Origin: the human T2T-CHM13v2.0 reference genome, Homo sapiens
NCBI RefSeq assembly: GCF_009914755.1
Contig: NC_060928.1
Strand: one strand, 5' to 3'
Length of the DNA: 64,000 bases
The notes under the pieces were generated by a model. It did no database searches. It saw nothing but the letters and a program-made list of their open reading frames with translations, and was not told the DNA's origin. Position numbers and translations under genes: made by a program. Positions 54,240 through 64,000 of the stretch are shown one piece after another (the first letter of the stretch is position 1; every line of letters starts with the position of its first letter).

Positions 54240-55132
54240 ATGTCCTATATTGGAGTCCCACAAAAGTGGGTTTTGAGACAGAAAATTTGAGTGCAATTTG
54301 GGAGCAATCTGAAAAGGCACCTATAGGAAGAGGGCAAGTGAAACATGGAAGAACAGGAAAGGTATACAGTTTACATTAATAAGCATATCGCCATTCTGAA
54401 CAATAGACTCTTAGACCCTGTGAGGACTTACAGGAAATGATTTAGATCATATCTAAGAGTAGTTTGCTTGAGAGATGAGGAAACTGGTGTGTTTATATTC
54501 CAATTCCCAGTGATCATCATTTGAGAACTGTTCTGCAGAATCACCTTTTGTGGTAATTAGTTACAACAGGAGTAGGAAACTAGCACAATGTCAAAAATAT
54601 GGTTAGTTAAGTGGGAAAACTGTTGGTAGAATAGTGGTGTTTTGCTTTCGTTATTTTTAGAATGCCATTCTGTGACATTCATATGAAGAATTAATATATA
54701 AATTTCCTTGTGCTTAGAAATTCCACATCTAGGGAAATAGGGTTAATTGTGTATCATAAGGCATTTACCCAGACATTCACTGAAGCATTCATCAACATTA
54801 TTTATTGAATGCTGTGCTAGATATTTTCAATTTGCTTCTCTAGATCTCCCTCTATTGCATCAAAGAGCTCCCTAGTTATTCACCTTCTGGTTGGAAATGG
54901 GAGATTGTAAGTTCGGTTATGTCATCAGAGAGGGAAAGAGAGTGCAGTCAAATGATGTATTCTCTCCTGACTCCCTCATTGCCGAATTTCCCTCATGACC
55001 TAGTACTTAAGCCACTACTCCACTGAAATGGCTTTCTCTGTATCACTCTTTTATTCCCTCTATTTGGCCCTTCAAGGAATAATAATTTAGGTGTGCGTTC
55101 CATTTCTTGTTACCCATGACACAGGCTGATAC
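54240..55132. mobile_element. Ancient LTR fragments (LTR40-like 54240-54535, MLT1 end 54545-54588, LTR33-like 54830-55132)
   Basis: 'ttgagacagaaaatttgagtgcaa', 'tgtggtaattagttacaacaggagtaggaaactagcaca', 'ccatttcttgttacccatgacacaggctgatac'. Confidence 0.4.
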
Positions 55133-55763
55133 TAGAGCTCACTAGATGGCAGGTATTTTCCTAGTTGCTACCATTATATCACTCATTTAGCTCACATTCT
55201 AGTTGGCAAGTAGAACAACACAAACATAAATGAGTAAAACATATGAATTTATAAGAGAAAAAGTAAAGGTAAAAATAATTGAAGTTTCAAGAGAGAGACT
55301 GTTGGATTTGACCAGGGGAGTATATTTAAAAAGATTTGAGGGGTCATCTGTGATAATCTGGGTAGATGTGTGTATGCAGGAGAGCATTCCAGGTAGAGGG
55401 GTCATTAAGAACAAAGACCCTGAGATAGAATTGTGCCTACTGTGTTTGAGCAATAATGAAGAGACCAATGGAACTGGAGAGGAGTGATCAAAAGGGAGAA
55501 TACACGGAAGATGCAGTCACAGAGATGGACAGTTCTTATAGAATTTGGTAAGCTATTGTAAGGAATTTGCCATTCAATCTGAGCAAAATCAGTGGTTAGT
55601 GCAGGTATTTTAGGAGGGAAGCGAAATAATGTGTCTTATATTTTAATAGAATTACTCTTTCTGCCATGTTAAAAATAGAGTGAAGTGGAGTGAGATCTGA
55701 AGCTGGAAGTACAGTTAGGAGGCCGTCCCGAACATGGTGGTAAACAGATGTCAAGGATGTTGA

Positions 55764-56159
<396 letters not shown>

Positions 56160-56196
56160 TGACAAATGTGAGAAAAAAATAATTAAGGATTTCCAT

Positions 56197-56325
56197 ATTC
56201 CCAGCTACTGAGGAGGCTGATGAGGGAGGATTACCTGAACCCAGGAGTTTCAGATTGTGGTGAGATATGATCGCACCCCTGCACTCCAGCCTGGGCAACA
56301 AAGCAAGACCTTATCTCACAAAAAA
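56197..56325 (+). mobile_element. Alu right-arm fragment (AluJ/FRAM-like)
   Basis: 'cccagctactgaggaggctga..ggaggattacctgaacccagg..gcactccagcctgggcaaca'. Confidence 0.85.
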
Positions 56326-57527
56326 TTAACTAAGTAAAATCGTTAAGGATAACTCCAAGATATTTTGATCAGAGTAACTGAGAAGTTCTGACTTTACTGA
56401 AATGGGAAAGACTGTGGTAAAGCTAGTTTGTGCAGATATTTCGAGAGATTACTTTTGGATGTGTTGAATGTGATGTGTCTACTATACATCAAAGAGGACA
56501 CTTTGAGTAGCGAGTACGGAATATGGATTCTATCTCAGAGGAGAAAACTATACAGGATAAATAAACTTGGGATTTATCACCATATTGGGATTTAAAGCTG
56601 TGAGAATAGTTAAGATCAGCTAAGGATTTTGTATACGTATATAAAAGAAAAACAGTAAGATGACTGGGCTTTGCCTGGATCTGTTCACCATTTAAATGCT
56701 TGCTTTGTTAGAGAAAAATAAATGACAAAAACCGACTTTGGACAAACAGCCAATGAACACAAAAATCAAGTGATGCTGTTGTAACATAAGCAAATAAAGG
56801 GAGTGTTTCCAAAAGGATGGAATGCCCAATGTTATTAGTGGCCTAAATAAGATCGGGACTTGGAATTAATGATTCTAATTATTAAGATGGAAGATATTGG
56901 GGATCTTGGAAGAGTTGAGGGGTGAAAAATCTGATTGGATGAATTCAAGAAAGAATAGAGAAAAACATATTTTCAACGAGCTAGAATGAAGACATGGAGA
57001 AGGGAGGGGAGTTGTTTTGCTTTGTGTCATATCTAATATGGAAAAGAAATAACTGGGTACTTCTATGCTGAATAGAATGGTATGTAATAGAGGAAAAAAT
57101 ATTGACACATGAGATAAAAGAATTGCCAAATTCATTTGTCTCTGACTATCCAAAAGAAGGTATAGTTTAATGCAAAAAAGAAAATATTGTCCTTAGCTAG
57201 GAGCAAGGAGAGTTCAGCTGTCTAAGAGGAGAATAGCTTGTGCAGGCACACATGAGTGGAAGGTGCAGATTTGCAGAATTTCTTATATAGGTTATTTTGT
57301 TTTCTCACAGGGGGAAAAAGTAGGCAGTGGAGTGTGAGTGTAGGAAATGAGATAGTCAAGGATTTTGAAGGAAGAAGGTAATATAAGGAGACAGACATTT
57401 CAGAGACAAGTAGAATGAATGAAGTTAAATATGGTTGTCTAAAAATCCAATAGCCCAGTAAATTTAGTAATCATATGTCCAAAGTGACATTACTCCACAA
57501 ACGTGCTTGTTTGTGAGTTTATGTGCT

Positions 57528-57531
<4 letters not shown>

Positions 57532-57565
<34 letters not shown>
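57532..57565. repeat. (TG)17 microsatellite
   Basis: Direct reading. Confidence 0.98.
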
Positions 57566-57566
<1 letters not shown>

Positions 57567-57726
57567 ATGCTACCTACCCTCAGCTGCACTTGTATGGACC
57601 TTGAGAAATTGAATAATTAAATTTATTGAGAGTTGTTATTTTAGAAAATGCACGTGATGAGATAAAAGTGGTGAAAATTTTTAGGGTATTTGTTTGGGTG
57701 TGATTACAAAATAGATTTTTATATAT

Positions 57727-57962
57727 CAGTAACTTGTATGGCCTTACCATATACCAGGCACTATTCTAAGTTATTTACAATTATTCACTCATTGAAATAT
57801 CATAACAGCCCTGTGAGGCAGATATTATAATTTTCCCATTTTTATCAGTGAGGACACCGAGGCATAGAAGGGTTAGGAAATTTGACTAATGCGTAAGCAC
57901 TTTTAAAGGATAGACTTAAATCTCCAACCCTGGCAATCTGTGTCTACAGCTCATGCCCTTAA
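57727..57962 (-). mobile_element. MIR
   Basis: 'ccaggcactattctaag', 'aacagccctgtgaggcagatatt', 'gaggacaccgaggcatagaagggttag'. Confidence 0.8.
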
Positions 57963-58379
57963 GGAATTTGAGCAGGATACAAAGAGAGGAAAGTACATGA
58001 AGTGGGAAGTAAAATAATAAACCTTACAAGAAACTGGGATACTAGATGGAGTAAGTGGGAAAGGAACCAAGATGGTGGACTTCGGTCACTTTCTTACATA
58101 TCTTTGAAAGTGTATTTACTAATTATGCCATGTGCATGTTCAGAATGCTTTCTTCATACAAAATCTACTTATGTTTAGAAAAAGTATTTATGAGTTTCTA
58201 GATTAATAATTATTTTTCAGTTTTTGATCTGTTTGGTTGCACAAATATGTTTACTTCATGATAATTTATATCAAGAAATTTGCATGTAATTTATATCAGT
58301 AAATTAAATTAGTAGTTAAATCAATAATTTATATTAATAAATTATCATGAAATGATTATCAAAAACTAAAAATTATCAT

Positions 58380-59830
58380 TAATCCAGAAAAATCCTTTAG
58401 GCAAATGTCCAGTCACTACCACCATCCTTTATTCCATGATTAGCCCTATTCTGCTTCTAACACAATAATTTTTATTGCTTAATTTTTAACTTCATATAGA
58501 TATAATCATACTTAATCTTAAATTTGAGAAATGTGTTCATGCTATTAGAACTAGCAACAATTCATTTATGTCTTTGTATAGCATTACATTTTAAGAATAT
58601 ACCACAAGTATTTATCTATACTATTATTGATAGACAATTTGGTTATTGCCAGTTATTAGCTACTTTAAATTGTGCTGTTATTCATACTGTCATAGGTGTT
58701 TTAACTACATATTTGCCTATGGAATTTCAATGTAATTACCTAATGTTACAAATAAATAGGATTCTATTACATATCTACTCTGCAAATGTTGTATTAGTGT
58801 TCTTTTACATTATGTCGCATTTTTTCCTCCAGTTATTTGTACTTTGACAGGTTAGAGGTGTTTTGGCTTTGAAAAAATGTTTCATGGAAGTTGCAGAAAT
58901 CTTTCAAAATCACATTTATTCATGATCAGAAACACCATGTCTTATAGCAAATTTATCTAATCATTTTCTTTTAAATATGCTTCATCCCAAAATACAGATT
59001 AGTATAATTCTAGCTTTATAGAAGAGTTTGAAATTTTTCTTTCTTTATTCTCTAGAAAAGTTTAAATACTATTAGAATAATTTGTTCTTTTTAGATTAGA
59101 TAATTAAACTGTGAAATTTTCTGGGAATTATCTTTATTAAGTGCTTAGACTTTGACAACTTTTATAATTATTTTATAATAATTGGTCTATTGAGATTTTA
59201 TGTATGTCTCTGAGAGTTGGTGGCAGCCATTGCATTTTTATAAAAATCAATTCCATAGAGGTTTTTGAATTTGATTAAAATACTCTTTTAGCTATTTACA
59301 GCTTTCTCTCTGTTCTATTTTCATAAACAATTTATAAATTTGTATCTTTACCTTCTTGTGATTTTATTGCTTATAACAGCTCACTATCTTTTAATTATAT
59401 TTTTCAAAAATCTAACTCCTTACTTTGTTTGTTAAATCTAATTTTCCTCAGTAATATAAGTTATTTCTGCAGTTATATTTATTAAACTCAGTCCATTTCT
59501 CTTTTTAACTTACTAAATTTAATGCTTACTAAAAATCCCTGGGTGCTGAACTTAAGGATTGGTTTTTATTATCATTATTTTTATTTATTTTTTCATTCTT
59601 CCCAAACAGTTGTTTTGGAGAAACTTTTAAAATGCCCTAATTTGTGGAGTTTATTTTTTTTCTTCTACTTTAAAGAGACAGCTTTTATTTTTTCATTATG
59701 AGCAGAGAATATGATAGTTCTTAGCTTTGAAAATTTATTGAGATTTTCCCTATGGTAAAATTTATTGAGATTTTTCCTATGGTAGGCCATATAATTACTT
59801 TTTATAAACATTTGATTCATATATTATAAG
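58380..59830 (-). mobile_element. Old L1ME/L1M fragments
   Basis: 'aatataccacaagtatttatctatactattattgatagacaatttggttattgccagtt' (3' region) and T-rich antisense ORF2-like text. Confidence 0.5.
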
Positions 59831-59847
59831 AATATAAATGAGTAGAT

Positions 59848-61140
59848 ATTGATTGATTAACTGATGAATTCAACATATACTTACTGAATATTCAGTATGT
59901 CTTTGGCACCTGGAACTGATTAAAAAAAAAAGAAGCAAGCATTTCTGCCTTCTTGAATTTCACACTATAGCTGGAGAAGGAATAAAATAAACCATGCACA
60001 TTGTACTTAAGTACATAATGCTATCTCTTTTTAATATGATAAATGCTTTGAGAGAAATAAACAAAAAGAACAGTAATGAAGGGTAGAGAGCAAGAGTTTA
60101 AATTTTATATGTGAAGGTTTGGGAAAGAAATTGAGAAAGTGTTACTTGAATAAAGACTTGAAGAAGGTTGAAAAGAGACCCCTTTTCATATCTAGAGGAA
60201 AGAGCATTTCATGCAGAGCACACAGCCAGAGCAAAGGCTGTCAGGTATGTGAGTGTGCACCTAGTATAGTCTAGAAAGAACAAAAAAGGATAGTGTGGCC
60301 GGAGAAGAGTGAGAGAAGGGGTGCAATTGGAAAGAATAACGTCAGAACTGTAATGAGGTCATTGTAAGGACTTTGAATTGTAGTCCAACAGTAGCAGGAA
60401 GCACTGGAGGCTTTTGAGGAGAACAATGGTGTGATTATATAAATGTAATAACTATAGTATTAAAAGACCCGATCCAACAGATCTGTGGTGAACAGAATGG
60501 CTGCATGCAGTACTTCTGATGAGAGATTGTCTTGGCTAAGAGTAGGATTGTAGCAATAAAGAATTGGCTAAATTTTGGATATTTTTCAAAGTAGATCCTT
60601 CATAAAGAATTTCTTTCTACAGTGCTTGTGGGAAATGAAGGAAATACATAAAAAAGGAAATCCCTATTGTGGCCTGAGCAACTAGAAATAGAGAGTCCCT
60701 CAGACAAAAAGGTCTTATAATGAAATAAATATGGGGAGGGGGATCCAGAATTCAGCCCTGGATTTGTTCAGTTTGAGGTGTCTACTAGATATTTAAGTGA
60801 AGCCAGATACGCAATTAGATGTTGGAGTTTAATAATTAGCTATACAAGTGATTTAAAAACACAAGGCAGGAAGCTATTAATGAGGGTACGAGTAAAGACA
60901 GAGAAAATAACAGACTCGAGGATTGATATAATAATATCATAAGGGTGGAGAAAGATCAGGAATCAGGAATCAGAAGAAATGAGGAGAGTAGTACAAATGA
61001 AACAAGAAAGGAGGAGAGTGCCTGATTTAAATTGGTTTAAGAAAAAATGGGAGAACAGGGTTGGCGACAGTGAATATACTTCCACAGTTTTTGTTTTAAA
61101 GGAGATTCATGTGTTGTATAAGATCCACCAGAGAAAGAGA
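59848..61140 (-). mobile_element. L2 fragment including the 3' end
   Basis: 'ttcaacatatacttactgaatatt', 'ggaaagagcatttcatgcagag', 'ggtcattgtaaggactttg', 'gtttgaggtgtctactagatattt'. Confidence 0.75.
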
Positions 61141-61419
61141 TGTACCACCTCTCCCTTCTCAGTTTTGGTGTTGCCACATGCACAGTAGGTAGGAGATGGA
61201 TTTGCCTTATGTTGGTGGCTATAAACCCCAGGCTTGATGACTCTGGTCTAGTCTTTATCTGTGGATTAGTTGACATCTGTCAGCAGCTAGGAAGTTGACA
61301 ATCATTTTCTCCCTTTCTTTTCTCACTAACTGTTTTAAGGTGCTCTCTGTACGAAATAGGGTTAGGCATATTTATGCAATTTCTTCTTCAGCTCCTTCAT
61401 TCAAAAGCATTACAAAAAT

Positions 61420-61544
61420 ATAAGGTTAAAAATAAGGTACATAAACAAATAAAATTTGAAATTAAAAACAGATTAGCAATAAAAAAGTACTACTTAGGTA
61501 TAACCCTATCTATCTATCTATCATCTATCTATCTATCATCTATC

Positions 61545-61578
<34 letters not shown>

Positions 61579-62365
61579 AGATAGATATGACCTATATGAG
61601 AAAAACTATAAAACTCTGATGAAAGAAATCAAAGGACTAAATAAATGGAGACCAATATTGGACAGGTGTCAGTTATTCTCAGCTTGATCTATAGATTCAA
61701 TGAAACCCTAATCAAATTCCAAGTTATTTTGTGGATATGGACACACTTCTTGGAAAGCTTACATGGAGAGAAATAAGATCCAGAATAGCCAACACAACAG
61801 TCAAGGAGAAGGACAAAATTGGAGGACTGCCATTACTGACTTAAAGACATATTATAAGGCTACAATAATCATGACAGTGCAGTTTTGACGAAAGAATAGA
61901 CAAATACATCAATGGAAGAGAATAAAGAGCCCAGAAATGGGAGCATGTAATATTGTCAACAGATCTATGACAAAGGGGCAAAGACAATACAATGGGGCAA
62001 AGATAGTTTTTCCAACAAATAGTTCTAGAACAACCGAACATCCACATGCAAAAATAAATGAATTTAGACATAGAAACTTCACAAAATTTAATTTAAAATA
62101 AATCACATATCTAAAGTTAAACACAAAACTTTTAAAAACTCCTAAGAATATAACCGAAAAATATCTACATGATCTTAGACTTCATAATTGTACACCACAG
62201 GCATAATCCATGAAACAAAGAACTGGTAAGCTGGACTTCAATAAAGTTAAAATTTTCTGCTGTATGAAAGACACTGTCCAGATAATTAGAAGGCAAGCCA
62301 CAGATGAAAAGACAATATTTATAAGACATATCAAATAAAGATTGTTATCCAAAATATACAGTAAA
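61420..62365 (+). mobile_element. L1M (MC/MD-like) ORF2 fragment
   Basis: 'aaaactataaaactctgatgaaagaaatcaaag', 'gatctatagattcaatg', 'gctggacttcaataaagttaaaatttt'. Confidence 0.8.
61506..61587. repeat. Compound (TATC)n tetranucleotide STR
   Basis: TATC units interrupted by ATC, ending in a short inverted 'tagataga'. Confidence 0.95.
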
Positions 62366-62656
62366 TTCTATTTTTTAAATTTTTAATTAAAAATAATAAT
62401 CATATATTTATATGGTATAACATGATATTTTGCTTTATGAAAGCTAATTATAACCATCACTAGAAGATGGAATGAGTGCTTGTGAGTTGGTGTGATCCTC
62501 TGACTTTAAACATTCTGTTACTATATATATTTTTTAAGGATCATGCTTTAATAATTTGTAAAAATAACAGTGAAAAATTGGTAACTTGTATTTAAAGTAT
62601 TTTACTTTTGGTTACAACTCAGACTGTTTTAGGATATAATTTTGGAAGACTTGCCT

Positions 62657-63076
62657 TTTTTAAAACTTCAACTTTTATTTTAGATACAGGGATGCTTGTG
62701 CAGATTTGTTACATGGGTAAATTACACCCAAGTAATGAACATAGTACCCAATAGGTAGTTTTTCAACCTACCTCCCTATCTCCAACCCTCTAGTAATCCA
62801 CAGTGTCTACCATTTTCTTATTTGTGTCCATGTGTGCTCAATGTTTAGGTCACACCTAAAAGTGAGAAGATGCAGTATTTGATTTTCTCTTCCTACATTA
62901 ATTTGCTTAGGACTGTGGCCCCCTGCTCTATCCATGTTTTTGTGCTGCAGAGGACATTGTTTCATTCTTTTTCTGGCTCTATTGTATTCCATGGTGTATA
63001 TGAACTACGTATGCTTTATCAAATCCACCATTAATGGGCACCTAGGTTAATTCTATGCCTTTGCTATTGTGAATAG
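62657..63076 (-). mobile_element. Older L1PA (about PA13-16) 3' end
   Basis: 'acttttattttagatacaggg..gtgcagatttgttacatgggta', 'agtgagaagatgcagtatttg', 'tttgctattgtgaatag'. Confidence 0.85.
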
Positions 63077-63137
63077 ATTGGTGATGAATGAAACCAAAAG
63101 TTGATTATTCAAAAAAAAAAAAAAAAAAAAAAACAAG

Positions 63138-63466
63138 TGTAAGGAAAATGGCTGGGCTTCAGTCAGGAGTAGGCTGAGGCAGACATCCGGTGCAGCATGA
63201 CACAGAGGCTTTGGGGCCCGGCACACAACCCCGTGCACTATGTCATCATGTTTATGTAGCCATTTTGATGTAACCTGTTTTTGTGAGCTCATACCTGGCT
63301 TTCAGCGACTGTTGTCTGTGAAAAATATAACTGCACTGCTGACTCTGTAGTAGGGAGAGAGATGAATAAAGCCATGTCCCACCTACGGTCCCTCGAGGGT
63401 CTTTTCAGCTACCCACCACCTGTCCACCAACTCCCCTCCGACCCCAGCTCAGGTTGAAACCTGACA
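63138..63466 (+). mobile_element. 5' LTR (LTR18 family) of a HERV-S/HERVL18 provirus
   Basis: TG..CA ends ('tgtaaggaaaatggctg' to 'aaacctgaca'); AATAAA at 63365; followed by a tRNA-Ser PBS and gag-like sequence. Confidence 0.88.
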
Positions 63467-63468
63467 AT

Positions 63469-63486
63469 TGGTGTAGTTGGCAGGAT
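63469..63486 (+). other. Retroviral primer-binding site, tRNA-Ser
   Basis: tggtgtagttggcaggat vs TGGCGTAGTCGGCAGGAT (complement of the tRNA-Ser 3' end); both differences are CpG-type; 2 nt after the LTR. Confidence 0.9.
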
Positions 63487-63530
63487 CCCAAGGTGAGACA
63501 GCCCTTAGTCCCCGATGATCCCGGTCAGCC

Positions 63531-64000
63531 ATGTGGCCCCAGCATGGGTTGTGGTACCCGCTGGCAGCCGTGCTGCTAGGATGGGCCCTGGTGGATAGGT
63601 CCCCCATGAGCAGGGAGAAGGCGCAGAAGCACCTGGAAGCACAGAACACTGAGGGAGCGGCGCCTTTGCCAGTAGAGTTGGATGGACGATTTTGGCTGCG
63701 CTATGGGAAGTACAAGCTCAGTCTCTGCGGGATGCAGCGCAGGTAAGGGACCTCCAGGCACAAGCAGAGAACCTGGAGGCCTGGATACACAGCTTGGAAT
63801 GGGAATTAGGGGCTGCCGTTAGTCGGGCCTGGGCCCACCATCCAGGTCAGAGACCCTCGCTCGGTCTGATACCAAGGAGGAAGGACCCCCTGTTGTGGGC
63901 TCGCCCAGTGGTCCATCAGAAAATAGAGCATGAACAGCCTTTGGGGCCCCAGGGGCGGGCTCAGGGACCCCCTACCATGACAGAGCACATGTCACACAGT
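63531..64000 (+). pseudogene. gag: Frameshifted HERV-S (ERVL-class) gag N-terminus; continues past the window
   Basis: ORF MWPQHGLWYPLAAVLLGWA.. continues after a frameshift as ..AFASRVGWTILAALWEVQAQSLRDAAQVRDLQAQAENLEAWIHSLEWEL, which I recognise as HERV-S gag-like. Confidence 0.75.

Noticed and set aside
59730-59783. Short tandem micro-duplications (27-bp unit here; also 9145-9188, 18482-18515, 43741-43786)
   Set aside because: Ordinary slippage products with two copies each; no repeat-spacer array, so not CRISPR-like.
63077-63137. Possible inverted L1 5' segment next to the antisense L1PA
   Set aside because: Only ~25 bp of L1-like sense sequence before an A run and the LTR; too little to call.

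Overview
AT-rich primate (very likely human) genomic DNA with the look of a gene desert or a very long intron. No protein-coding exon could be supported; every recognisable ORF comes from Alu, L1, Tigger, LTR or ERV gag sequence. Roughly half or more of the window is interspersed repeat: Alu (J/S/Y), L1PA/L1MA/L1MC-MD/L1ME, L2, MIR, MaLR LTRs (MLT1A, THE1), ERV1 solo LTRs (LTR28-like, LTR54-like), DNA transposons (MER82, Tigger1, Tigger4b, MADE1), a 3'-truncated U1 snRNA pseudogene, and the 5' LTR, tRNA-Ser PBS and decayed gag of a HERV-S/HERVL18 provirus running off the right edge. Three structures are not explained by these repeats. (1) A ~250-bp inverted repeat (9656-9902 / 10610-10868, 707-nt spacer) matching no repeat I recognise, overlapping candidate splice sites, with asymmetric CpG retention. 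(2) A 1.4-kb insertion with two outward-facing poly(A) tails inside one 19-bp TSD (44228-45687), best read as an L1PA3 3' transduction inverted by twin priming. (3) A 67-bp near-perfect local duplication 620 bp apart. Family names come from recalled consensus sequences, not a RepeatMasker run; boundaries of old repeats are approximate.
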